NCBI GenBank assembly: GCA_040830765.1
Contig: JBFOMH010000026.1
Coordinates: 1-64,000, forward strand
DNA from: Puniceicoccaceae bacterium
Lineage (GTDB): Bacteria; Verrucomicrobiota; Verrucomicrobiia; Opitutales; Oceanipulchritudinaceae
Direction of reading: 5' to 3'
Length of the DNA stretch: 64,000 nt
Positions within the stretch are counted from its first letter, which is position 1. Each line of letters begins with the position of its first letter. Shown here in pieces: positions 37,216 through 46,108 of the stretch. Below the pieces are notes generated by a model. The model was not told where the DNA came from, searched no databases, and saw only the letters and a program-made list of their open reading frames with translations. The position numbers were made by a program, and so were the translations under genes.

Positions 37216-38286
37216 CTAGGATTCCTGGTTGCCCAGGTTCCTGGCGTACCAACCGCTGGACTGGTTGCAGATCCGGCAGACCGAGAGCATTACCGGTACT
37301 TCCACCAGCACCCCGACGACCGTGGCGAGCGCTGCTCCGGAAGTGGGGCCGAAAAGCGTGATGGCCACTGCCACGGCCAGCTCAAAGAAGTTGCTGGCCC
37401 CGATGAGGGCGCCCGGGCTGGCGACATTATGGGGCACCTTGAAGAGGCGCATGAGGCCGTAGACAAGGGAGGAATTGAAGTACACCTGGAGCAGGATGGG
37501 GATGGCAATGAGGATGACGGCGAACCACCGGGTAGTGATATTCTCCGCCTGGAAGGCGAAAATCAGGGTCAGGGTTGCCAGCAGGGCGATGATTGTGACC
37601 GGGTGGAAGCGGGCGAGGAAGTTCTGGTTAAACCAGTCTTCCCCCTTGGCCTTGATGAGGAAGTGGCGGGAGAGGAAACCAGCTACCAGCGGGATGACAA
37701 TAAAGACGACAACCGAGGTAATGAGGACCTTGGAGGGGATGATGACATCCGCGACGCCGAGCAGGAACATGACAATCGGGGCGAAGGCGACAAGCATGAT
37801 GAGGTCGTTGATGGCCACCTGGGCCAGGGTGTAGGCCGGATCCCCGTCAGTGAGGTAGCTCCAGACAAAAACCATGGCCGTGCAGGGAGCGGCGGCGAGG
37901 ATGATGAGGCCAGCCGTGTATTGCTGGGCCTCATCCGGAGAAACGAAGCTGGTGAAGACCACCTTGAAGAAGAACCAGGCCAGGAGGGCCATGCTGAATG
38001 GCTTGATCAGCCAATTGACAAAGAGGGTAATCAACAATCCCCTGGGTTTCCTGGCAACGCCCTTGATGCCGGCAAAGTCGATTTTCAGCATCATCGGGTA
38101 AATCATGAGCCAGATTAGGACAGCAATCGGTGCATTGACATGCGAGCCGCTGACAAACTCCAGTTCGCTTATCCAGTGGACCGTATCCGGGATTAACTTG
38201 CCGAGGGCGACCCCGGCGACCATGCAGAGCAGCACCCAGACCGAGAGGTAGCGCTCAAAGAATTGCATCCGTTTCTTTTCACTCAT
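37216..38286 (-). CDS. acr3: ACR3-family arsenite efflux transporter
   Basis: FFERYLSVWV, IWLMIYPMM, NWLIKPFSM, APCTAMVFVW, GASNFFELAVAVAI and GVLVEVPVML motifs. Confidence 0.95.
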   Translation of the reverse strand: MSEKKRMQFFERYLSVWVLLCMVAGVALGKLIPDTVHWISELEFVSGSHVNAPIAVLIWLMIYPMMLKIDFAGIKGVARKPRGLLITLFVNWLIKPFSMALLAWFFFKVVFTSFVSPDEAQQYTAGLIILAAAPCTAMVFVWSYLTDGDPAYTLAQVAINDLIMLVAFAPIVMFLLGVADVIIPSKVLITSVVVFIVIPLVAGFLSRHFLIKAKGEDWFNQNFLARFHPVTIIALLATLTLIFAFQAENITTRWFAVILIAIPILLQVYFNSSLVYGLMRLFKVPHNVASPGALIGASNFFELAVAVAITLFGPTSGAALATVVGVLVEVPVMLSVCRICNQSSGWYARNLGNQES

Positions 38287-38447
38287 GACAATAATACAGT
38301 TGAGTGCTATTGAACGACGCCCGGCACAATCTTCAATGCCCAAAATGCTGTTCTGGGCAGGATTGTGGGCGATTACGGTAAAGCACGGGCGGCAATGGCG
38401 GTATGAGAGAGGAAAGCACTATAAAAGGGGCTAGAACAGGAGGTAAG

Positions 38448-39296
38448 ATGAGAAATCCAGTCCATGAAACATCCAGTCTGACTCGCCGGTCCTTTCTCAA
38501 GGGTTCCACTGCAGCGGCCGTGGCCGCTTCGCTGCCGATTCCGGCATCTGCCGGGATGGCCGGTTCGTATTCAGCGGAAGACGATCGATCCAGCGTCAAT
38601 GCCTTGCTCATCAGTGCCACAACCCTGAAAGGCAAGGGTTCACTGGAACATGCCCATGAGGCAATGCGGGAACTGTATGGTTCCATCCGGCGTATTCTGT
38701 TAATCAATTTCGCCAGCTTGCCGGGTGAACGGGATGCCTATGCCGAACGCATGCAGCGGGATTTCCGTGCAATTCATCCGGATATGGTTGTCGATTCCCT
38801 GCATCAGGTTGATATTTCCCGGGCAGAAGCAGCTGTGAGAAAGGCCGAGGCCTTCTACGTCAGCGGCGGAAACACCTTCCTGTTATTGCGTGAGCTTTAT
38901 GACCGGAAGGTGGTCGATTTGATGCGGAAGCGTGTCCTTGGTGGCGTTCCCTATGCCGGATCCAGTGCCGGTTCGAATATCGGGGGCCTCTGCATCGGCA
39001 CAACCAATGACTTCCCGATCACGGATGTACCGACCCGGCGCAGCCTGGGCCTTTTCAACGGCATCTACAATCCTCATCATCCGGAAGAGGCAGCGATTGA
39101 TTTTGCCAGCCGGCAATGGAAGATCCGCCAATATGCCCGCTTCAATCCTGACGAGACCGTGGTCGGCGTGCCGGATTCAGGCATGCTGCGCATTCAGGGA
39201 AACCGGGTGACCCTGCTCGGCGAGGGTGCCGTGGCCTTTGTCCAGCAGGGTGGGGACGGGCGCAGGGTCAACTCCGGCGAAGCCGTCTTTCAGTAA
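38448..39296 (+). CDS. pepE: Peptidase E (S51 family) with N-terminal Tat signal peptide
   Basis: GGNTF, nucleophile GSSAG, TTNDFPI and NPHH motifs. AGGAGG RBS before ATG 38448. LTRRSFLK...ASA Tat signal. Confidence 0.8.
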   Translation: MRNPVHETSSLTRRSFLKGSTAAAVAASLPIPASAGMAGSYSAEDDRSSVNALLISATTLKGKGSLEHAHEAMRELYGSIRRILLINFASLPGERDAYAERMQRDFRAIHPDMVVDSLHQVDISRAEAAVRKAEAFYVSGGNTFLLLRELYDRKVVDLMRKRVLGGVPYAGSSAGSNIGGLCIGTTNDFPITDVPTRRSLGLFNGIYNPHHPEEAAIDFASRQWKIRQYARFNPDETVVGVPDSGMLRIQGNRVTLLGEGAVAFVQQGGDGRRVNSGEAVFQ

Positions 39297-39339
39297 GTTG
39301 TTTAGGATTGGGCCCTTGCGGGAGGTTTTCAGTGCCGGC

Positions 39340-42318
39340 TTACTCCGTTAGCGCGCGCGAGAAGAGGATAAAGTTCAAGGCATCTCCTGTGGGAACGCCC
39401 TGATCTGCGTTACCGGAAATCCGCAGGTCCTCATCCTTCTCCATCCGCCTGACAAAGAGTGTCATGGGGCGGCCATTGACGGGGACCGCCTCGCCGGTCG
39501 GCTGATAGTCACTGAGCCATCCGGGGCGCTCCAGATTCGCATCATGGGCGACAAAGAGATCCAAGGCCTTGCCGGCAGTGGCAACAATGTAGTCGTTTGC
39601 CCAATACGCCCGGTCACGGTTGGCCGTCCGGATGAGCCGGGCGCCCTCCAGTGAGGGTGGAATGGCATCAATGTAGAGCAGGGCATCATCGGAATAGGCC
39701 AGTGCCTTCACGTAGAGCCGCTCTTCGACACCCCCGGCACCATCCCCGGTGTAGGCGAAGGTTGAGAAGTGACGATTATCGTCGGTAGCGACCGTTGCCT
39801 TTGGAGTGGGGAGCTCGCGCGCCGCAGCCAGCTCGGTGAGCGCATCCGTGTCCACCGGTGGGCGAGGGCCGATGGCAAAGTCGAAGTTAGCCGGAGCTTG
39901 GAGAAGCATCCCGTGGTGCAACTCAACCGGTAGTGACTCGAGGACCAGGGTCGTCGGTTCCAGTCCTTCACGGGTTGCAGTGATGGTGACGATTCCCGCC
40001 TCCAGGGTGGAACGGAGACTGGCCCGGTTGATTCCACATTCGGTATCGAAGTAAAGGTGATTGGTACTGTACTCCTTGCCGCTGTTGTAACTGCCGCGCC
40101 AAATAGCGGGTCCGGCAATGCTGAAATCGACCCGGGCTTGATCGGTCGGGCAGCGCCGTCCCTCCTTGTCGACCACTTCAACATCTATCAGGGCGATGTC
40201 AGATCCGTCCGCCCTCCATCCTCCGGGGGCAAGAATTGGAGTCATCCGCAAGGCAACCGCCTCACCGGCGGTTTCCTTGACTTGTTCGGCAACTGCCTCT
40301 CCATCCAAGTAGGCGACAACGCGGATATTTCCCGGTTCAAAAGCGACCTCCGGCCAAGTGAAAAGGGTATCGAGGCTGCGCTCGCCGAGTCCCAGGCTGC
40401 GGCCATTGACGAATAGTTCAGCGGAATCCGCCCTGGCCACGGCGTACATCGTCTTGACGATTCCCTCGGCATAGGTCCAATGGCCGATGAGGTGGACCCG
40501 TGGTTCATCCGCCCAGGTTGCCTGCAGGGCCCAATAGGCTTCCTTGGGGAGCCGCACACCATCGACTTCGCCGGTAGCGCGGGCTGCGTCCGTCCGCTGC
40601 CGGGTCCCATGGGGTCCGTCGGAAAAGATCCAGTTGGCTCCACCTGAGTGGTCCGGTTTGGCTCCGAAGAGTGTCCACCACTCCTTGATGGCATTGACGG
40701 CGAAGCCTTCTGAGTCGAGGTGGTAGGTGTTCAATTCGGCCAGTTCACCAAGGTTCCCGTAGTCAGGCGGTGAATACTTATCCCAGACGCGCCGTGGCGT
40801 TTCTGTCCGGTCGTATTCGGTTTCCACTACAGGCAAGTGTGGATGTGCCCGGACCCGGCCGACGGTCCCGAGCTCGAGATCAATATAGGGAAGCATGCCG
40901 GGTGAGGACATGCGGAAGCCAAAATACCGTTTCCCGTCGGGGTCCCACTGGTCGACCACTTCCCGTAGCTCCTTGGTGTGGGGGACACTGATATTGTAGT
41001 TGCCGCCTTCCCAGACACAGATCGAAGGGTGGTTCCTGAAATAGATAATCGTGTCGCGAAAGGCGGCCTTGCGCGTTTCCCAGGCCTCGCCGAAGCAGTC
41101 CCGTTCGCCATCGACACCCGGCATGATCGTGACAAAGCCGTACTTGTCGCCACTGTGGAGGGCGGAAGCCGAGCCGGCGGAATGTCCCCAGCGAATCATG
41201 TTGCCCCCGGCTTCCTCCATCATGCGGAGCGTGAAATCGCTGAGCCAGTCCGGCAGGGCGGCACCGAGGCCCGCCCACGCCTGGGTCGGTTTATGACCCC
41301 AGCCATGGAGTTTCAACGGCCGCCCGTTGATCCAGAATCCGGTATGGGTATCCCAGCGGAAATTCCGGATGCCAAACGGGCTGGTTGCGGTATCCTGGAT
41401 TACTCCATCGACGACCACGTCAATCCTGACTTCATAGATGTAAGGATAGTCCGGTTCCCAAAGGTGGGGATCCTTGACCACCAGTTCGGTTGTTGCCTTT
41501 GCGCGTTCATTACTCGTCAACTGGACGGATTTGCTGGCCGAAGCCACCGACTGCCCGCCCCGATCAACGAGGGAGAATCGAAGGTCTGCTGATGTCGATG
41601 CCGGAAGGCTGTTTTCGATTTCTGCCGTTACCAGGATGGAGGCGTTCTCTGCAGTGATGGTCGTTGCCCGCGCATAGATACCTTCCGTCTGGAGATTGGA
41701 GTAGAGCGGCAGGGTAACATGGATGGGGTTGGTGACATGCAGGCGAACGTTTCTATAAATACCCCCATGCGGCGGATGCCAGTTGGGATGGTGCCACGGC
41801 GTGTTGCCTTTAAAGTGCGGATCGAAGCGGTTATCTGCCCGGACCGCAAGGACGTTGCTGCCTCCAAAATTGAAGTAGGGCGTCAGGTCGAAACCAAAGG
41901 GGATGAACCCGGTCTTGTTGATACCAAGACGGTGGCCATTGAAGAATATCTCGGCGATTTGGCGGACGCCTTCGAATTCGATATAGACCCGCTTTCCCTG
42001 ATCGGATTCCGGCAGGCTGAATGTCTTCCGGTACCAGGCCACCCCGGTCCACAGGTCCGATTCCCCCTGGTGGCCGCCTTTGCCAAAATTATTGAAGGTG
42101 TCGGTGTCGTTCCAGGTATGCGGGAGACTGACCTGTTGCCACGTTGAATCGTCAAAGCCTGGTTCGTGGGCATCTCCCGGGTCAGATTTTTCAAAACGCC
42201 AGTCCGGATTCAAGTTCAGGACCTGTCGGGCGGTTGTTTGCAATGGCATAAGGCTGATAAGGCAGATGGTTAATCGTGTGACTATTACGAAAAGGCGCGA
42301 TGGGAAAAAAATGTGCAT
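39340..42318 (-). CDS. Glycoside hydrolase family 2 (beta-galactosidase-like, DUF4982-type architecture), exported
   Basis: VSLPHTWN, WYRKTF, IEFEGV, GGIYRNV, LWEPDYPYIY, FGIR, NHPS, GEVDGVRLPK and HLIGHW motifs. Signal peptide. Confidence 0.88.
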   Translation of the reverse strand: MHIFFPSRLFVIVTRLTICLISLMPLQTTARQVLNLNPDWRFEKSDPGDAHEPGFDDSTWQQVSLPHTWNDTDTFNNFGKGGHQGESDLWTGVAWYRKTFSLPESDQGKRVYIEFEGVRQIAEIFFNGHRLGINKTGFIPFGFDLTPYFNFGGSNVLAVRADNRFDPHFKGNTPWHHPNWHPPHGGIYRNVRLHVTNPIHVTLPLYSNLQTEGIYARATTITAENASILVTAEIENSLPASTSADLRFSLVDRGGQSVASASKSVQLTSNERAKATTELVVKDPHLWEPDYPYIYEVRIDVVVDGVIQDTATSPFGIRNFRWDTHTGFWINGRPLKLHGWGHKPTQAWAGLGAALPDWLSDFTLRMMEEAGGNMIRWGHSAGSASALHSGDKYGFVTIMPGVDGERDCFGEAWETRKAAFRDTIIYFRNHPSICVWEGGNYNISVPHTKELREVVDQWDPDGKRYFGFRMSSPGMLPYIDLELGTVGRVRAHPHLPVVETEYDRTETPRRVWDKYSPPDYGNLGELAELNTYHLDSEGFAVNAIKEWWTLFGAKPDHSGGANWIFSDGPHGTRQRTDAARATGEVDGVRLPKEAYWALQATWADEPRVHLIGHWTYAEGIVKTMYAVARADSAELFVNGRSLGLGERSLDTLFTWPEVAFEPGNIRVVAYLDGEAVAEQVKETAGEAVALRMTPILAPGGWRADGSDIALIDVEVVDKEGRRCPTDQARVDFSIAGPAIWRGSYNSGKEYSTNHLYFDTECGINRASLRSTLEAGIVTITATREGLEPTTLVLESLPVELHHGMLLQAPANFDFAIGPRPPVDTDALTELAAARELPTPKATVATDDNRHFSTFAYTGDGAGGVEERLYVKALAYSDDALLYIDAIPPSLEGARLIRTANRDRAYWANDYIVATAGKALDLFVAHDANLERPGWLSDYQPTGEAVPVNGRPMTLFVRRMEKDEDLRISGNADQGVPTGDALNFILFSRALTE

Positions 42319-42545
42319 CGGGAGTGGGATGGATTAGGGTATGAGGGAGGATTTGGGGCAGGAGGCTGTAAAGGGATAATTAAAGCTTATTGTAGGAAAA
42401 TTTTCCGTTGCTGAATCCGTTCTCAGAGAACGGTCAAAAGTCCTTGCCATTTCGCCTTCATGCCCCTCAGTTCTCGACTACCAGTGGCTGGATGTGAGCC
42501 AGCTTTAACCCGCTTTTCCATATCCTTCAACATCCCTTGCCCTCT

Positions 42546-44711
42546 ATGAAACGTGCACTCATAACTACTTGGTTCCTGATCGGAATTTCTCTCCTGAATG
42601 CGGAGTTGGTCGAGGCCCCTTCCTGGGTCAACTTTGCCGAGAGCAAGATGAATGGCAACATGGCTGACAGCGTCCTGCTCGATTTCTCCTACGCAGGGTA
42701 CCACTTTTCCGAAAAGCCGTTACCGGATACCTCGACTTGGAATACCATCGACGTTACCGACCACGGCGCAGTGGCCGACGATGAAGGATTTGATGATGAT
42801 GCCATCCAGGCGGCGATTGATGCTGCTGAGGCAAGTGGAGTCCCGACCGTTGTCTATTTTCCTGCTGGACGCTACAAGGTGGCGGACGAGGAACATGCCA
42901 GCACGCCGATCGTGGTCAATAGCAGCAACATCGTCCTCAAGGGAGCCGGAAGCGGGGAAGGAGGGACGGAAATTTATGCCGACCAGTTCGGGAACTTTCC
43001 CTGGCGGTTCACTTTTATCCCCTCCAGTGTCTCCGATTCCCAGATTGACTGGATTAGGGGCGGCATCAGCCGGGGATCGTTCCAGATAGAGGTCAGCAAT
43101 GGCCGGCGGTTCGGCGTCGGCCAGACGGTTGAGATTTTCCAGCACACGACGGAAAACCTTGAGCTCAACATGCCGGGACTCGACTACAAGGACGTCTGGC
43201 GGCTTCCCAACAATGGCATCCGGCCCTATGAGAAGCATTTGATTACCCATATTGATGGCAACATCCTGACCTTCAAGAATCCAGTCAACCTGCACTTTGC
43301 CAGCCACAGTTCATCGGTGGTCAGGCGTTACACGACCATTGAAGAGGTGGGCGTTGAAGGGATCCTGTTTACCAGCGGATGGATTAACCGTCCGGAGGAA
43401 TATGGTCATCATGACAGTGACCTGGAGGACTATGCCTATCGGGCACTGCGGTTCGAGAATGTCTACAATGGCTGGGTCCGGGACTGTGAGTTCCGTGACT
43501 GGAATGAGATCATGATGATCGAAAAGTCGATGGCGGTAACGGTGAAGAATGTTATCTGTTCCGGAAAACAGGGCCACACTTCCTACTTTACCCGCTACAG
43601 CTACGGTATCCTCTTTGAGAAGTGCCGGGACATCGTGGAAATGGCACCGACTTCAAGGCATGGGCATGCCGGCATGATCCATGGGCCCGGACTGCGCTGG
43701 AGTACAACGGCTACGGTCTACCTTGATTGTGAAATGAACAAGCACCAGTCGATTGATTGCCATGGCTATCATCCGTACGGGAACCTTCTTGATGGCGTCT
43801 ATGGCGGTTCCTTCCGCGGTAATGGAGGGGCGGAGAATTCCTATCCCAACAGCGGTCCGGACCTGACCTTCTGGAACTTTGCCCACAATTCCAATTACTC
43901 CAGCTGGACTTTCAACTTCTGGGATACGGTTAACCGGAAGACCCATACGTATCCCTATCCCAAGTTCATCGGATTCAAGAACGGTCCTGGAGAAAATATC
44001 AGTTTTATCAACGAGGGACTGAATGAATTGTATGACCAGGATGTCTATCCCAAGTCCCTTTTCGATGCCCAGTTGCAGCTTCGGCTATACGGCGGCTACA
44101 TGTCGGCGTCTTCCAGTACCGATGAGCAGCCGGCCAAGCTTGCCAATGACCGGGACGACTCGACGGCCTGGGCCTCCGCGGGAGCGGATCCCGGCGAATG
44201 GCTGATGCTCGACCTCGGTGTTGCCCAGCCAGTCCAGTCCATAACGATCCGGGAAGTCGGAGAGGCGGTAGGGGAATACCGTTTGGAATACTGGAACGAA
44301 TCGGAGTGGCTGGAAATTGAGACCGGTAGCGAAATTGGCATTGAAAAAGTCATATCCTTAACGGAGGCAGTGGAGACGCGAAAGATCCGCCTTCTAATCC
44401 TTGGCCTGTGGGATGGGAGTGACGCCAGTTCGTATTCCATCTCAACATTCAGTGTCGCCAAGGATCGTTCCGATTATCTTGCCTCCCTGAAGGTAAAGGA
44501 TGTCAGCCCGAATGTCTTGAAGCTGTCATGGGATAACCATCCGCTACAGGGTTTGCACGAGGCCTTCTCGGTCGAAGAGTCGGGCAACCTTGTCGACTGG
44601 ATGCCGGCGGAAAATGGGGAAATGGTGACAGTGGGTAACGCGGCGGAATGGAGCACCGAAGAGGTATCCGCCGAAAGCGGTCGATTCTTCAGGATTGGTA
44701 CCAGCCTTTAA
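42546..44711 (+). CDS. Secreted right-handed beta-helix protein (pectate-lyase-like, DUF4955-like) with F5/8 type C (CBM32-like) module and family B C-terminal tail
   Basis: Signal peptide, LLDFSYAGY, DVTDHGAVADD..DDDAIQAAIDAA, VYFPAGRY, NIVLKGAG and PKSLFDAQLQLRL. The SASS...ANDRDDSTAW...WLMLDLG segment is discoidin-like. Confidence 0.75.
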   Translation: MKRALITTWFLIGISLLNAELVEAPSWVNFAESKMNGNMADSVLLDFSYAGYHFSEKPLPDTSTWNTIDVTDHGAVADDEGFDDDAIQAAIDAAEASGVPTVVYFPAGRYKVADEEHASTPIVVNSSNIVLKGAGSGEGGTEIYADQFGNFPWRFTFIPSSVSDSQIDWIRGGISRGSFQIEVSNGRRFGVGQTVEIFQHTTENLELNMPGLDYKDVWRLPNNGIRPYEKHLITHIDGNILTFKNPVNLHFASHSSSVVRRYTTIEEVGVEGILFTSGWINRPEEYGHHDSDLEDYAYRALRFENVYNGWVRDCEFRDWNEIMMIEKSMAVTVKNVICSGKQGHTSYFTRYSYGILFEKCRDIVEMAPTSRHGHAGMIHGPGLRWSTTATVYLDCEMNKHQSIDCHGYHPYGNLLDGVYGGSFRGNGGAENSYPNSGPDLTFWNFAHNSNYSSWTFNFWDTVNRKTHTYPYPKFIGFKNGPGENISFINEGLNELYDQDVYPKSLFDAQLQLRLYGGYMSASSSTDEQPAKLANDRDDSTAWASAGADPGEWLMLDLGVAQPVQSITIREVGEAVGEYRLEYWNESEWLEIETGSEIGIEKVISLTEAVETRKIRLLILGLWDGSDASSYSISTFSVAKDRSDYLASLKVKDVSPNVLKLSWDNHPLQGLHEAFSVEESGNLVDWMPAENGEMVTVGNAAEWSTEEVSAESGRFFRIGTSL

Positions 44712-44853
44712 TTGGCCCGGGCCATCATTCAGGGCGATTCCGCGAAGCGGACGAGTGGCGGACGAGTGGCCGGCTACCCAGCCCGGAAAAGCGGGAGTGG
44801 AACAAGTTTTTTTCCGGGCTTGTTCTGGGGCCAATTTGCATTGATGCTCCGGC

Positions 44854-45204
44854 ATGCTACCGAATACACGTTCGCTAAAAAAATATGTCATCTTTCCCTG
44901 CATTCTTCTGGTCTTCGGGGCGCTGGAAGAAGTGGTGGTCTACAAGTCGGACCTGATAACCAATGACCATGCCCGGGTGGCGGCGATGATGGCCTTCTAT
45001 GCCTTCGGGATTGCCCTGCTGGCATTCTGGGTCACTCCGATTCTTGAAAACATGATCCTTCGCCTGCATGCCGCATCAAAGTTTGGTTCCGGACGACTGG
45101 GAGAGTATCTCTTCGTGCTGCTCCTGCTGGCCGGGGTTTACTTCCTCTGGTATCAGATATTGGTCAACGGGCCGGAAAGCCTTCTGCCGGAGAAATGGCG
45201 TTGA
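44854..45204 (+). CDS. Small membrane protein of unknown function (three TM segments)
   Basis: 116 aa with three hydrophobic stretches. It fills the gap between the beta-helix gene and amn. Confidence 0.6.
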   Translation: MLPNTRSLKKYVIFPCILLVFGALEEVVVYKSDLITNDHARVAAMMAFYAFGIALLAFWVTPILENMILRLHAASKFGSGRLGEYLFVLLLLAGVYFLWYQILVNGPESLLPEKWR

Positions 45205-45295
45205 GCGAGGGTTATATACCATTGCCGGGGAGACCGGTTTCATTGACTGCATTGCTTCTTGAGATTTGCTGGCCCATCTATCAAGCTGCCTGAGC

Positions 45296-46066
45296 ATGAG
45301 CCTTAAGGATAAGATGGTGCGGGACTGGTTACCGCGGTACACGGGAATGCCCTTGGAGGCATTCGGGGAATACATCCTGCTGACCAACTTTGACAAGTAC
45401 GTCGAGCTGTTTGCCGATTGGCATGGGGTGCCGATTGTTGGCCAGGACAAGCCCATGCTGGCGGCCACGGCTGATGACATCACGATTATCAATTTCGGGA
45501 TGGGCAGTGCCACCGCCGCGACGGTCATGGATTTGTTGACTGCCATATCCCCCAAGGCGGTCTGCTTTCTTGGAAAGTGTGGCGGCCTCAAGAAGCGCAA
45601 TGCCCTCGGTGACCTGATCCTGCCAATCGCCGGTATTCGGGGAGAGGGAACCAGCAATGACTATTTCCCTTCAGAGATTCCAGCCCTGCCGGCCTTTGCC
45701 CTGCAAAAAGCCATTTCACGCACCATACGGGAACATCAGCGCGACTACTGGACGGGAACTGTCTACACGACCAACCGCCGTGTCTGGGAGCATGACGAGG
45801 CATTCAAGGACTATCTTGAAGACAACCGGATCATGGCGGTCGACATGGAGACTGCGACCATCTTCATGGTGGGGTTCTACAACCACATCCCGACAGGTGC
45901 ACTCCTACTGGTCAGCGACCAGCCGATGGTCCCGGAAGGAATCAAGTCTGCTTCCAGTGATGCCGAAGTCACGGCCAGGTTTGTCGAATCCCACTTGCGC
46001 ATCGGGGTCGAGTCCCTGAAGCAACTGATAAACAAGGGGGACACCGTCCGGCACTTGAAGTATTGA
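45296..46066 (+). CDS. amn: AMP nucleosidase (short, Bacteroidota/Chlamydia-type)
   Basis: WLPRYTG, YILLTNF, INFGMGS, FLGKCGGL, IRGEGTSNDY, TTNRRVWEHD, DMETAT and LLVSD motifs. Confidence 0.92.
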   Translation: MSLKDKMVRDWLPRYTGMPLEAFGEYILLTNFDKYVELFADWHGVPIVGQDKPMLAATADDITIINFGMGSATAATVMDLLTAISPKAVCFLGKCGGLKKRNALGDLILPIAGIRGEGTSNDYFPSEIPALPAFALQKAISRTIREHQRDYWTGTVYTTNRRVWEHDEAFKDYLEDNRIMAVDMETATIFMVGFYNHIPTGALLLVSDQPMVPEGIKSASSDAEVTARFVESHLRIGVESLKQLINKGDTVRHLKY

Positions 46067-46108
46067 GGATTGATTCCTCTTAATCCTTCCGGAGGGAGCT
46101 AGTCGACA

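Noticed and set aside
37174..38118. 314-aa plus-strand ORF
   Set aside because: Antisense shadow of acr3. The Asp/Glu/His/Gly-rich composition is the mirror of hydrophobic codons, and it has no motifs.
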